This document shows positions 11,604 to 25,900 of a DNA stretch of 64,000 nucleotides, one piece after another; positions within the stretch are counted from its first letter, which is position 1, and every line of letters begins with the position of its first letter. Source of the stretch: Eremomyces bilateralis CBS 781.70 (Eukaryota); the NCBI GenBank assembly GCA_010015585.1, contig ML975163.1. One strand, written 5' to 3'. A program made the translations under genes and the position numbers. The notes under the pieces were generated by a model. It was not told the origin of the DNA. It searched no databases and saw only the letters and a list, made by a program, of their open reading frames with translations.

Positions 11604-13936
11604 TCCGAGAAGGTTGAAGATGAGGGAGATATGCCACTTTGTCGTAGACCAAAAGCCACGAAGGTCGTGAAATATCGGATGCTAAAACGCTTCAACGCAA
11701 TTGATGAAGATCAAGCAAAGTAGAGTATGTGCTCGCAAGAGGAAGGAACCGTGTCTCGTAAAAGTCTCGTGAATTAGTGTCGTAGGCAGTATTCATTCGT
11801 AGTCGTTACGAATCGTAAACAATCGTCCGGTCGTGGTGTGGCTCAATCACTTCCCTCCGCGACGCTCAATTCGCTATCGAGAGAGACGGAGTGTGCAAAA
11901 CCAAGCGCCCTAAGAATATGCACCGCACGCAGCAAATCAAACGCTAAACGCAGCAACTGCAGCAACCCCCAAATGGTGTGCTTGATGCAGGTGTTCCGGA
12001 TGGCGGGTTGGTGATATCTGGAGCACAGCAGTGGAAAGTGACGGGTTGATGTTTAGGCGGGAGGGAGCTCCGGTTACCAGGGGAGATGCACGTGATGTGA
12101 TGATCCAGTGGCACGGGCGTGGAAAGGGGATGCTTCAGCCTCACCGCCTCAGCCAAGTCTGGAATCTCTAGATCACGTGGTTGGGCCCTAAAACAGGGGC
12201 TTGGGATTCGCAGGGATGCGGGCGTTCCACATGCAAGGGACGGGAATTCACATCTGGTTCAGCCTTGAGGTGTCTTACTCCTGGATGGGTGGGCACGGAA
12301 TTTTTAATTTGGGGCCATTAAGCACGGGTTTTCTTGCCATGCTGACACTATCTTTATTTTCTGACAGAGACTCATCTGGTTATTCAGGACAGTAGACGCT
12401 ACTATGTACGGGGCGGACAGACAGTGGTCGGGCTCGTATGTAGTGCAGTCCGTGCTGACGACTCGACGGACCTCCTGAATTGCTGTGATGTGTGAGTGGG
12501 TCATCGCCCATTAGAGAGACAGGAGCGAGTCATATTGAGAACTTGAGATCGACCGTTGAAATTCGAATACAATTTAGGATCGGAGAAGGTAAGACGGGGT
12601 TACCGGTTACGGGAAAGAGTGGGACACAGGGACGGAACCGGGCTTGATAATGATGGTGATGTCGAACCTTGATATACCTACCCTTCTCCTAGACTCCTAG
12701 GAAGGCGTCCCTTTTGTGGATTTAGCGTAGTTGGGTAGATTTGAGAGGCGATCAGTGCCATCATACGAGCTTCAGTGGGCGACAAGTCCAATCAGCGAAA
12801 AGGCAAGTAGGTGAACGGCGATAGACAGATCCATCGGGTTGGCAATGTCACAATTCCATAGCATGCGCAAGCCCCAGATCTGGAAAGTTGAATGAAGAGA
12901 ACTATCATGTTTTCTTTTCTGTATTCGTTTCTATCCGACCACATCTCGAATGAAATCCACCCCATGTCCACCCCATCCAAAAAACAAGCGTCACTCCAAC
13001 TTAATGCAGGCAGGCCTCGCTCGATTCATGCGAAAATCGCCGCGAGCCTCCTTTTTTCTTCGCCGCGATCCATGGACCGACAATCACCATCAGCCCCGTG
13101 CGCAAACAGCACCCAAAAAACCCAAACATCATCATGATGGAAACCGAAGAAAATCCGTCGTTGTTGGTGGCTGTTGTGCTAGTCGCATCAACGATGCCCG
13201 CCGCCGCTTGAAAAGCAACTCGTAGGCGTAAAATGGAAGCTCATGAATCGAAAAGGATGAATCGACCGCCAGGGAAAAGTAGTAGAAGAAAACAAAAGGA
13301 CGGGAATCGTCATGGGGACCGTGTCGACATGTTCGCAATGTGGCACCGCACGCGTGGGCGGCGCCAGACATGAACATGAGTCGCAGCCGGATTAACGGAA
13401 GGGAAAACACGCGCCGCACATGTAGTGAGACATGGACAAAGGGGATGGAACAGGCGCCCAGGAACCGGCCGAGAGGCACCCCGATAGCAGAAACGCCGGA
13501 GAGGCCACCGGCGAGAGAAGGCGTTCAGTCAGAAGAGTCCATGAGATATCGTGTGGAAGGGAGCAGTGCGGGTGCGGGAAAGGGAGGAAAGGGAACGGGA
13601 GGATTGTCGTTGTGCTGACAAGCCGTGTTCGCGAGACCGGGAGGTGGCTCGAGCGGGCTGATGCCGTAGGTAGGAGAGGTGAGGATATATCGCCGAGAAC
13701 GCCATAAATGAATAAGGAAAATATATGCGATGAAAATGAATTGTGCCGGAAAGGGTGGGGGTATTAGGCGACCATGTGGGATTCGGCGGTGGGATTCTGG
13801 AAAACGGATGATCTCGTTCTTGAGGGGCACTGAACCCCGACCATGGAAGACATCAGATCGGAAATAATCCCGCATTGGAAGCAGGGTACCAGACGATGAC
13901 ATCCCCACAGATGGGGTCCATCAGCATTTCAGTGCC

Positions 13937-15691
13937 TCAATCGCTAAGAGGGACAACCCTCCTCCGCTCGGTCCCATCAGCCCGTCGATAGCTCATCGCC
14001 GCACCGCTGTCATACTCGCCCTCCTCTGCGATCGTATCCGGGTACGCCATCGGCGCAGTGGTGTGCATCCCGTACGCATCATCTGCATGCGGCCGGGCAC
14101 CATGTTGCAGCCGACCGTCGAGATGCTGCGTATCGAACGATTCGGAATACGAGCGTTTGGTAGCCGACTGGGCGACGTGGGTGGACGGGGCGGACGAGCG
14201 GGTCATGCCGTTGTGGTAGGCGTCGGGTGCGGACGCGGTGCTGTTGTGGTCGTAGGCGGGGGAACTGGTTTCGAACTTGGCATCGACGGAGATGGATGAG
14301 GTTTGGAGGTTTTTGAGGGGCGCCAGGGAGGGTTGAGAGGCGTGTGATGACGGGTTGGAATTGTGACCGTACGGCGTCGAGGGGGCCTGCATGGTGCCGT
14401 TGCTGTATGACTGACTTTGAGTGGATTGCTGGCGACGGAAGTCGTTGCTCGGAACTTGGGCTTGGTATCCCTCTAGGCTGTTGTGGCGGATGTGTCCATT
14501 CTCCTGGTATTGCTGCGGGTATTGCTGGGCTTGGGGTTGCGGATAGCCATAGGACTGGTGCATTTGAGGCTGGGGCTGTTGATACTGCTGGGAATGGTAT
14601 GGGACCTGAGGAGGCTGCATCATGGTCTGATGAGAAGGATATTGGTTCTGGTAACCATTGACTTGACCGTTGGAATAAGGCATTGGTTGAGCATACCCGT
14701 TGGGAGCCTGTTGAGCCATGGGTGGAGGGTACGATGCCTGGTATCCTTGGGCCATGTTCTCCATGGAGGTACGGCGGCTGCCCATATTGTGGAAGGACGC
14801 ATTACTGGCAACGCTGCCGGAACGAGGACGGTCGACGATCTCCACCTGGCCTTGATTTCCCATCTGAGAGTAGTGGTTATCTGGAGTGGCAGTGCGGCGG
14901 GCACGTTCATAAGCGGTCTCATCTTCATACTCGTCCCAATCCTTGGCGCCCTTCTCTCCTGGACGACGCCTCATGCGAACATCGCGTCGGATGCGGACAC
15001 GGCAACCTTGTTCGGCGACCATGCGGCTGAGGGAGGTGCTCTCGGTCAATCCGGGGAACTTCTTGGCGGAGAAAACAGTGAACGGTGTGGACTTGACTTC
15101 CAAACGATGTGACACATGCGCATCGGCAGGATTGGGTAGGTTCGAGGTGGGGAGCTCCTCGCTGTCCATATCTTTCTGCTCCTTCAGTTCCTCGTACAAT
15201 GCAAAGCTCAAGCGATATTTGCCCTCGTGGCGTACGGACAGATCCGGGAAGATGAAGTAACCAGCAGGATGAGGACGGTCCAGATATGCCATGCCGGCCA
15301 CGGGGGTACCAGTTAAGACGGGAATCGACGCTTGGCCCGGAGCAACACGGCCCTGGGCCATGGTACGCGCATGCTCGAGGGTTGCAAACAGGAAGTAGTT
15401 GGCGTTGTAGTTGTGGGTGACCTCATCGTCGCCGTCGTAGACGCGCAGTTCGACAATCGGTGGAGGATCGACCGGGCGACGGTCGGCGGATGCTGTTCGA
15501 AGGTTAGAAAACTCCTGGACAACTTGTTTGCCTGTCCGAGGGCGCGGAAGCTTACATTTGGCACCGGATCCGCAAGCTTGGGCTCGCTCCGGTTGCTGAA
15601 TGACCTTCAACCGGTATGTGATTTTCTTGGCCTCTTTGGTGATACGGGAGGCCTGCGAGATGGTCTCGTTGGGAACCTGGATGGTCGCCAT
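13937..15691 (-). CDS. veA: Velvet-family regulator VeA
   Basis: [11 protein letters not shown]...[71 protein letters not shown]; 63-nt intron 15555-15493; Q/P/Y-rich C-terminus ending in a YRRADG motif. Confidence 0.97.
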   Translation of the reverse strand: MATIQVPNETISQASRITKEAKKITYRLKVIQQPERAQACGSGAKCKLPRPRTGKQVVQEFSNLRTASADRRPVDPPPIVELRVYDGDDEVTHNYNANYFLFATLEHARTMAQGRVAPGQASIPVLTGTPVAGMAYLDRPHPAGYFIFPDLSVRHEGKYRLSFALYEELKEQKDMDSEELPTSNLPNPADAHVSHRLEVKSTPFTVFSAKKFPGLTESTSLSRMVAEQGCRVRIRRDVRMRRRPGEKGAKDWDEYEDETAYERARRTATPDNHYSQMGNQGQVEIVDRPRSGSVASNASFHNMGSRRTSMENMAQGYQASYPPPMAQQAPNGYAQPMPYSNGQVNGYQNQYPSHQTMMQPPQVPYHSQQYQQPQPQMHQSYGYPQPQAQQYPQQYQENGHIRHNSLEGYQAQVPSNDFRRQQSTQSQSYSNGTMQAPSTPYGHNSNPSSHASQPSLAPLKNLQTSSISVDAKFETSSPAYDHNSTASAPDAYHNGMTRSSAPSTHVAQSATKRSYSESFDTQHLDGRLQHGARPHADDAYGMHTTAPMAYPDTIAEEGEYDSGAAMSYRRADGTERRRVVPLSD

Positions 15692-15732
15692 AGCTGCTGA
15701 TTCTATCTGCAGGAGAAGATTGAATTCAAATA

Positions 15733-16134
15733 CTACGAGCAGAGGATAAAGTCAGCAAGTTGTGTAGGTGGGAAAGAAATGGGTCAACAAAATGGTGCAA
15801 GCGCCGTGGATTGCAGCCAGATCCCCTGCATCGGGACCTGTCTCGAGTATTCCTGGGAGTCTTCTCTGAGCCCCGTCGGAAATCATCGAGCGAAACACGG
15901 CGTGGAAAATCGAACATCAAAACGCAAAAAGTTCACATACATCAAAGGATAGTCCGTTGGTAGCCGATTGAACGGAAGGGGAAACTGTCCGTGGAGCCGG
16001 ATTCTGTAGCGTTGTCAGTTTGAGGTTCGTTACCGTAAGGGCGGGCGAAGCCGTGATTCGACGGTGGAGGCCAGTCGAGACGGCAATTGAAGACGATGGT
16101 GAATGCAAATCGAGATAATCAAGTGATGGCTTAC
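15733..16134 (-). other. Predicted 402-nt intron in the veA 5' UTR
   Basis: GTAAGC donor at 16134; GCTGAC branch and TAG acceptor at 15733, 41 nt before the ATG; upstream exon 16135-16640 has no ATG on the minus strand. Confidence 0.6.
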
Positions 16135-16794
16135 CAAGTGAATCAGGTTTAAGTGACAGCAATGTGAATAGACGGCGATGTCGTTTTTCTGGAGTGAGGA
16201 GGGCCGTGTTGGAGTTGGGTGGTTTCGGACTTTCGGTCGCACGCTCGGGTTTGGGCGACGCAACAGCTTCCCTCGCTTCGACACGACTCGACGGTCGACA
16301 GGCGGCAGGAATTGAGCAAACGACTCAATTCTTTGGTTCGAGACCTTGGTGGGAAAGGCTCGATCGACTTGAATCCGCACAGCAAGACGCCGCAGGCTGG
16401 GAATGGACGAGAGAATACACGGCGATGGGGATGACAGAGGGAGGAGGAACAGGTAGGAAGATGAGTGGGAATGTGGAGAGGATAATTAAAGCGTGAGACT
16501 ACGAGCAAGAAGATCAGACTTCAGTGAGGAGCCACTAGAGGACGAATGGGCGGGAAAGGGAGCAGACAGACGCTTGGGACGGTGGACGAGGGACGAGGGA
16601 AAGTGGGTTGGTGGACTTGGTTCGCTGGGTGGGGAATTTGGCATTGGGTTGGCAAGGAAGTCGACGAAGCGGAATGAATGGCTGGCATCAGCAGGGTGTC
16701 CGCCAGGGTCTCAGCAGGAATGGCTTGACTCTTGAGGGAACATGGAACTGAGTTCCAGTCGGGATCCGTTTGGATTCAGTTTAGTTTGGAGTTG

Positions 16795-16910
16795 GGACGG
16801 GGCCCTGGGGGACTGGGAGAACTGGGGGTGGGGATGGATTCGGGCCCAGGGGGTATTGGGGGAATTTAGGGAGCTTTGGGGAGTTTGGGGGAGTTTTGGG
16901 GGTGTGGAGC
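16795..16910. promoter_or_regulatory. G-run tract upstream of veA (G-quadruplex-capable; contains SYGGRG CreA-type hexamers)
   Basis: More than 10 runs of G3-G5 in ~115 nt, including repeated GGGGAGTTT units. Confidence 0.4.
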
Positions 16911-19900
16911 TTGGAAATGTTGAAATGTTGTGTTGAATAGTGACGGGTGAGGTGGCAGAATGGGCGAATCGAAACTTGATCCACTAACTGAACTGAACTC
17001 TCGAATCTCATTGCAGGGACAGGCCACAGGCGGGAATAGTGCGGGCTGCGGCTTAGTACCCCCTCCTCCTCAACGGTGGCCTGCGCACTTGGGATTAAGG
17101 ACTTGGAGGGAGGTTTAGCATTTCCCACCGTAGCATTAGGTATTGATGGTGGTTTGGTGGTCAAATCAACCAGGGAACAACAACCCCCCAAGTCCCAGGG
17201 AGCCCTTACCTACCGCTCGGGGATAGCAGGGCGCAGTGTGTTCACAACTTGGGCCACGGGCTCTCTCCATGCCATACTGCCTTTGATCCCCAGGGGCACC
17301 CGAATCTCCCCCAGACGCGAGGATATTCCAGGGGGTTTTAGGAATTGTCATGTGCTCCCAGTACAGAAAGATGGTGTGTCTAGTGCTCGGAAGAACAGAC
17401 CAAACTGCCATCTGACTTCTGAATCTTGACAGAGAGCTTGTGCTTGTGTGTGTAACTTTCTCCGCATTGTCGAAGAGACAATCACCGTTGAGTTGATACT
17501 CCTCAAACTAAATTAACACCCTCTCTACGGAGTATGGACATGACAATGGACACAGTGCTTTTCTTAGACCTAAGATAGTGGTTATAAGGATCGGCCAACG
17601 GTTCATTGGATTTTAGATTTGCCGAATTATCAAGTCTCTAATCACCACCTTTCTACTCGGTTCATTCGCTGCCAATTGCGATGTGTGAACTCAGAATTGT
17701 GATATATCGCCTTCACAACTGCCGCTGGGCGTGACTCGATCACCCCGCTAACAACCAACTGGCTCTCCCGCCATCCCGAAACCGCATCCATTCCGTTCGC
17801 TACTCCGCTGGCTCTCTCGCTTCCATTAGCTAGCACAGAAGGTACTACGTACTTCACCAGCCAAGTTTAAAGAATCCATATTTTAGTCTCGCAATCGGGG
17901 CTCATCTCCTGGGGAGATGTAGGTAAGTCGAAGAGCTGCTCCTGGCCATCGAACCATCAAAGCGTGGTGCAAGAACATACAACAGGAATCAGACTTCACT
18001 CGGTCCATCAGGTACGTAATACTTGAGGGTGATCCGGATGGGCCTTAATTCGTACCTGCATCATGTAAGTACATAGCAATGTCTCGCTGACTGCTGGCTC
18101 CGCTGCACAATCCCCAGCAAGCGTCCGATTTCATGATTCATCATGCCTTGGACTTGAATTGCGACATGAATCTTTCCCACGAAAAGAAGAAAAAATATTG
18201 CGAGAATTTACCTCAAAGCGCAAAAATATAAAAATAAGCAATGATGCAAGCCTCCTGCCTCCATGATAGGACCTCAAGACGTGAAGCCAGCCCCAGCCTC
18301 AACACTCCCAGACGGGTATCGTGCGTCCACACGCTAGTCGAACATCAGGATTCGCGACGCGCCACTGGACCGGGATGAAATTCAAATTCCAGTTTCCCGC
18401 TCCCAGGATGCGCCCAGTGCCCCCGCCCACCTGTCCTCTACTCCTCTCTCCCGCACCGTGCGGCGCCAGGTCCCACCATTAAGCGATCGTTCTATGAACT
18501 AGGAGGTGAACTAGGTAGTGAACTACGAATCTCGCCTGGAGATGTTGCCGGTTCGGGGCAAGCGGAGATTTCCTCGTTAGTCTTTCGACCCACGGAACAA
18601 GGCATCTGCTCCGTTAGTACTTAACAGTACTATGTAATGTTCGTGAAGCTCAGGGAAAGGCGACGATCATCAGATAATAGCGAATTTAGTGGTGGTCTAA
18701 CGATGGAAGAAGCCGGCGCCAGATGTTGGAGGATGGAGTCGGCGCCAATTTCCGAGCTTCCACGACGGACACCAAGAAAAGGGCTCTGTGGACTCCGTCG
18801 TTCAAGGGTTCCAGCAAGTTTAACATCCGCCGTGCTCTGATTGACTGATTCATCTTTGCTCTGAATGACCCGCTGAATGGTGACCCTATTTTCATAGTGT
18901 CCGCGGACGGAGTGTGGTGCATGGCTCGTCCCGCATTTCTTGATTCAGTTCAAAGATCACAAGCCACACAAACGATTGCGTCTATGTCAGTTGGCGACTC
19001 CTGGACTCAATCGAGTGATGGAGATACGGATGGTCAGCTTATTACTCCGAATTCATGTCGCGAACTCTCACATGTTCCTCTCGATGTGCCTTGAGAATTG
19101 ACTTTTACCCGATATGGGAGCAGTACCCAGGAAACTCAAGTGACAGCTCCCAGCCGCTCGAATGCGCCCGTAAGGTCAGACAAGCGAAACCACCTCCAAG
19201 TCCGGAATGCATGCCGTCAGCCGTAACAGACCAGGGCCCCTATCCTCCGATTCCAGAGTCGATGAAGGCAGCTTGAGCTAGGAAATACTACCCCCTTGAG
19301 AGTTAATAATGAGGTATGTATTTCTGTTGAAACAGCGGTTTGAGGAGGAGAAAAAACTTCATTCATATCCTTCGAGCCTCCGTACTCGGGTCGCTATAGT
19401 ATCAATCAATCTGTCCAATACTTGATTCGGCCAAGCGAAATGATCGCGCAGCTCCCCAGCTCCGGGTCAAATGTCTGGTAATAATGTTCTTTCTAGGCAA
19501 ACGAGTCCTATTCCTCCGTCGCTGAGGTACTTTCTGTGACATTTGCCGATGCTCCATAGCCCGACTGGACACATGCATCTACACAGCCGGCGTGCAACAA
19601 ATACATGTACCGACATGTACCCAACCTTGTAAGCGTTCCTTATCCGAATGACCGAATCCTACCACTTCCCAATTATTGATACGGGAACAGGCTACTGTCT
19701 CACGGTGTTTCCCACGCTGCACCGGATATTCCTTCCGAAGGTAGCCCTGACGCTTTTGCTGGTTTCAACGGTATGGAAAAGTAACAAAGCCTTGTTCCAT
19801 GACTACCTTGTCCATCATGACCAGCAGAGCACGGAGGACGATCGGAGTGATTAATGTCCTTGCTGAGGTCATGGTCCCTGGCAATAAGCTTGCAATCTTG

Positions 19901-22900
19901 CATTGATCCCTCATCTAGATCAAATGTGCAGACTGCAGGTTTGCCGCGGCTCAGCAGAAACACGAAACTCCACTGGAGATAACGATGCCGTATGATATGA
20001 TCGATGAAAGGATATCTTGAATCCCGATCCTGCTCGCCACTCTCCAGAATTCAGAAGCCAGGCACAGGCACCTAGACGAATGATCAGTGCTCCATATCAT
20101 ATCGTATCATATTACCGCCACCTCGGAATGGCGACATCGGGATTATGACAGGCATAAGTCCCTGGCTCCCTGCACCTTATCTACTCAGAAAGTCCAGCTG
20201 CTATTGAGAACAGGATATCCCAGTCACATCCTCGAGAGATGTCTCCCCCAACCTTCTCGAAGCTATGGATCGTGCATCAAGGAGCAAGGGATCGGAACAT
20301 TCGATGCCAGGTTGATATGCAGCGTGACAAATTCCTCTCCAGCCACTTCGACTGCTAAAAAGGCAAGATGTCGTGAGAAGTGGGAACTGACGATGTTCCT
20401 GGCAAAGTTGAATCATGACTGTGGAATGCAAGCTCAAAGCAGAGGAACGGTATGGCTCTCGGCGAATTTTGATTTTCGGCAGAGATACCTTATCGCTTCA
20501 AGAGAATCTTCCGATAGAAACACCCAGCCAGAACCCTTCCTTGTAAGACCGAAACAGGTGCACAGAATCTCAGAAGCGTTGAGCAAATCGGCAGAGCCAC
20601 CATCCGTTCTCCGTGGTCGATTGGCAGCGCAACTATCCTTTCATTTGATGATTTGAACGATCACGACGCAGCCGAGTCAGATCAGGCTTGGGAATCTTCC
20701 AGCGACGCCATTTTTATGAATCGTTCATCGCAAGGATCAGTAATGTTCAAACCTATTCTTGCTTTTTCTACGGTTCGAACTTCGAAATCGAAGTCAACTA
20801 GAACTCCAGAAAGCAAGGCTGGGTGGTTGCCTGGTAGAGTATGCACGCCGATCACAGCACGCACATGAAGCCCAAAAAACAATCATGCATTCCGCTTCTC
20901 AACCAGGATTTCCACATCTTTTTTATATTTTTACCAGCCGTCCTAGACATTTCAACGGTCGAGGCTGGGCTGTTCCCGATTGGTCTAGACCGATCTACTT
21001 CTTTCCTGCTTCCATTGCTTGTCTCCGGATTGCGATATGTAACCCAAAGCATGGCCTAACACAATCCGGAATGCTCAATGCGCCTTCAATCTTCATAATG
21101 CCCGGTCAGCAAACATCAGGCAATTTGAGTCTCAAACATCTCCACGCTTGGACGTCTCCCTCCCATATTTTCAGCATGGCCAATCAAGCCTCGAAAGAGT
21201 GTGGTGACCCCAGCTGTTGAGAGTTGAGACTATTATTATTAAGAGCATGGCTTGGGAGGGCTTGCAGCCTCGAGAAATCCCACTGTTACAAACGGGCGGA
21301 GGGTCGCACAACCGACACCACAAGATCCAATATCGGTTGCATCGCTCCTTGTTCCCCCGCTCTCCTTGCTTTCACGCGACGCCCATCCCGCCTCCCGTAT
21401 GCCACGGTTACGCAAAAGTTAAAGGTGGGAAGGGCGGGAGAGAGGTGTCAGATGGGAGATGGGCGGATAGCAAATGGAAGTTGACGGAGGCCTGGACTCT
21501 GGAGTGGGTGGAGGTGGGTAAGGAGCACATGGACGACTGGGAAATTATGAGGGACGAATGGAAAGGAGGTGAAGAGGTGGTTACACGGCAGGACTTGGTG
21601 GTTACAGGATAGGACTTGGTGGCGTGCCTTGAATCTTGATTCTGTTCGTGGTCCGGGATGATTGAGGATGTTGAGGAGTCCTCTCAGTCCTGAATGCTCT
21701 CGACAATCGACATGCTCCAACGATGCAGCCATCTCTGACGGCAATTACTTGGGCTAAAAGAAGGGGCTAATATAGGCTACAGCTGGGAGTGGGAAGTCAT
21801 TGTGATAATTGAATCAGATGGGCAATGAAGTACATATTAGTCTTAGTCCATTCCGGTTAGACGAACGATACCGTTGGTTTTTTCGCCCTGGCGTCACTGT
21901 CACTCTGTCATTCGTTGGACATGAAAGCCATCTCGATATCGAGGAGAACAACGTGGGAAAAGAAGCAAATTATCGATAGCGTCTTGGCTCGAGGTTCACT
22001 CCTTCTCCCGGATCTTGCGTGCTTTAATTATATGTCTCTTTCAATGACGTCTGACTATTACAATACACGAATTTCCTGGTTCTGATCAACCGTGAGCCTC
22101 AGCGACCCCTTCATGATATCTTCGATCTCAAACATCACCGATGCAGCGGGTATCCTCGCGGAATGATACATCCCTTCACACGTGTGGTGTCCCAGGACTC
22201 GCCGGCTCGCCGCAGCGATTGCTTGCATTAACAAACGTGAGACGGGATTTCTTGATTTCAGGATGGTGATCTTCCTTGATCAACACGTGGGATTGGCAAC
22301 GCAATCATCCACTTCACACCTGCAACCTGGCCGTTTTTGTCACCATTGACCAACCCACCGTCTCCTCCACACTCCCAAGTCCTGAATCCTACCTAGTTGC
22401 CTTGTGGCGCTCTTGCAGTCTGCACAACTGCACGTTTGGCTACTAGCATCATCTATACTCTCACTATATTAGACTGTACTCGGTAACCGTGGATTTTCGT
22501 GCGCGATGATGGCCTGATCTCGTCGCATCTATCGTGACATGGTCCCATGCGGCGTGGTTGCAGCCTTGAAACGGTCGACTGGATTACCGAGCATTTGCAT
22601 CTCCGGCCTTTGTTTTATAAAATACGGTCAGGTCCGAGCGTAGGTTTGGTGGCTCATCTTGCCGCAATGCAGTCTCACCACTCGCCAGTCACCAGCGACC
22701 ACAGCCCTCACATCGGGACCAATGGCCGCAAAAACGGGACGGGCTGGACTGCTGGACGAGGTTTTGGGAGGGCCAGGGTTGCGGAATGTGGGTGTCTGTG
22801 CTTAGTGTGCTCCCTAAATCCGGGCAAATCGGCAAATCCTGCTTCGGCCTTCGGATTCTCCTGCCCTTCTCCATAGTGCTTGAATGTTTCGTTGGGTTAT

Positions 22901-25900
22901 TACATTTGCTACTGCACCTTCGCTGCCCTTGCTGTCTGGCTTGTCTCGGGCTCACAACTCTCTCCAACTTCCAAGTCTGCCACATGTTGCTCATTGTTGA
23001 AAGGACCACATGTCCTCAGTATATATTAATGTGAGAGGAGCGATAAAAGGTTGTGGAAGTGACAATTACTCCCGCATATCGGTACTAGCCAAAAGGAAGC
23101 ATCCAACGCCATCTTCCTTGAAGGAATGGAGAAATGGAGAGAGGTCCTTTGGCTGTCGAGACGGGGGATTTGTGGCGCTGCATTCTAATGCCCCATTTCC
23201 CCTCCGCTATTCAGGGTCGGCCTTTAATATCCGTGAGACCACACCGAAGTCATTCCGATTGCAGGTAATTATTAACTTAGGAGGAGCTGTACGGTTCCAG
23301 TTGTTTAAACCATGAACAACAAGTATCTCTTCCTCGGATCCCTGGGCCTAATTCCTAGGTGATCAAATATATGGTTTCTCCGAGCCCATCAAAGCTATAA
23401 TGGTGTTGGAAACTCAGGATCCTTGGTTGAGCAACCCAGCATTTGAGGACACGTAATATCAATATGATCTCCGCAGAGCATCGCAATCAAGGCGGACCCA
23501 GCTAATCTTTCTTCATTTCAAGGTTCTTACAGACTACGGACTCACTTGAGTATGTAGGGTTCTAGCAGGTACACCACATTTATCCACTGCGGAGTGCAGA
23601 CATCGTCCACTGTCGAAGCTCCAGCAACAAGTAGAGGGCATAGGAGCACAATATTTCGCTGCCCTTCCTCCACACCACCATCCTGAACTCCTCCATCGGT
23701 TCAATATCCTCCGGCCCGTAAGCCCCTCATGTCGCCATTGGCCCACACGGATATCCTTCCACCCTGGCTTTGTCTCGAATCTTCCCGCACAGATGTCAGA
23801 TGTCAAGCAGGCACAAGACGGTTGAGGCCGCCAAAGGATCACGATGTGCAACTTGTCATGACTTCTGCGAATGACCCATCAACTAAGGAGGCAAGGATAT
23901 ATTGTTATACACTGTGGTATCCGAGACATTGACATCACGGCTCTACGTGTCCTTGCAACCCAGGCACTGCCCAACGGTCCCTCACGCCTCTAGCTTCTTC
24001 GTCCTCATCCAAGAAGGCAACTTTACACGCTGTGTCCGCTCACCTCTCCTCATCCGGAAGTTGTGAGTTCGTGTGACCTGGTGGTGGAATGGCACTTACC
24101 TAATTCTCACCATCCTCGCCCCTTTCGCGATGCTGAGGACCCAAAAGGATGTGGCCGAATAGGACCACAGGGATGGGGAAGGCATACAACCGTGAGAGCA
24201 GATGTTGTGTGAGGATCGGGAGAAGAGGCTCTGCGGTTGTGGCGGTACAAGGGGTACGAGGAGGATTCGATACACGAACTCAGTCCTGGATTGATATCGG
24301 GGACTGGGAAATTGATTCTGATCTGTGAGTAGTGAGTACAGTACTAGATAGAGGGGAACTTTCTTGGCTCATCTCACTTACAATACCGGTTTCCCTCGTT
24401 TCCAACATGTCGGGCCACGGGATAGATTACATCCATAACCTCATATCGCTCTTCCTGGCGATCAACTTCTGCTTCGTGTATTTGAATTGAACTGGATACC
24501 ACCGGCGCAAATTCCTGTCACAAGGACTGGTATATCCCTGTGGAATTCGGATGAAACAAGCCATTTTTCGGCTAGGAATCAAAAGGAGGATCAACCCATC
24601 CTCGGCCACAACTTCCAGTGTTGAACTCGCTATGCACACGTCCATCGAGTCATTTCATTCCGGACGATAGACACCTGGTGTCTATCGACGATGCGACCCA
24701 GCCATCTGGGCAACGAGCCATTATAGCGCTCCTTTCCTTCACGTCACTTCATCGCACATTACATTCCACGATTCAAGTCTATCATTCCGTCCTCAGTATC
24801 ACCCTCATCAGGTCACCTCTCTTCATTCAACGTCTTCTCATCCAGTAATGGCCTGAATCGCTAGCTAGGTACTACTTGGTTTCTCTACACAGTACCATCC
24901 CAATCCGCGCCGTCGCCCCCAACATCACGCCATCCCTCGACGGCTGTACATCCGTCGCACGGTAGATGTATGCGGAACTTCGTGTAACTCCTCAGTGTCG
25001 CACTTAAGAGCACCATCGATCTGAACGCGGTTGCGTATCGCACAACGCGAGTCAAGTAGGGAGCAGCGGCCGATGCCGGAGGAGGGGATTGACAGGTCGC
25101 GATTCGGGATGTCTGTGTATGGATATTGAACCGGATCTTTTCTTCAACGCATTGCCTTACAGTTTCCTTCTAGCAATTACCCCCCAATGCAGTCGGTTTC
25201 TGAGTCTCGCGATCTTGTACCTGATCCCTCGCAAAGCATAATCCTCCTAGATTTCAACGGTGATTATGAAAGATCTCAAAGTTCAGTGTCATCCGATCAC
25301 GGCACCATCAGTCCTTCATTTCGCGTCTTTGCATACAATCGTTCTGTCGAATTTTGTTGCTGCCTTTAAACGTCGTACGACTGTGGACTTACCTGGGGTT
25401 TTGCCACCCAGGGTGTCTCAAAAGTTCCAACGCCATTTGTCTTCGGGTACGCGATTTCTTTTACCAGAACGACCAGTTCTACAAGGAATCAATCTCGATA
25501 TGCGCCTACTAGCTCGCTTATTATGAGACATGAAGCGACACTGCGGGCAAGGTATCGTCCTTGACCCGGTTGTTAAATAAACGGGATAATAAGCTTCTGC
25601 ATCTTCTGAATGTAGTAGGAGTGAAAGACGCTAAGTGTGCATGAACGTCTGGTCCAATTCGTATTGGGTCATGTGTTTGGCTGCCTTAAAACCATCGCAT
25701 TGGATACAAGTGTGGGTGATAAAAGATGCGTCTGGTATTAGTTGTCTGACCACAGATTCCGCCGCTATTAAGCTCGAAGACCAGATCATGAACGAGAGGA
25801 AATGACATTGTCAAACTCCAATGAGGATGTGCAAAGAGGGATAGACAAAAAAGATCGAGAATTGCGGGCAAAGGGGACGCAGATCCTCATCATACCCAAC

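Noticed and set aside
16335..16345. B-box-like GGTTCGAGACC (tRNA or SINE?)
   Set aside because: No T-stem pairing, A box or cloverleaf
20087..20656. 189-aa ORF in the veA upstream region
   Set aside because: Non-ATG start, no motifs and no evident codon bias
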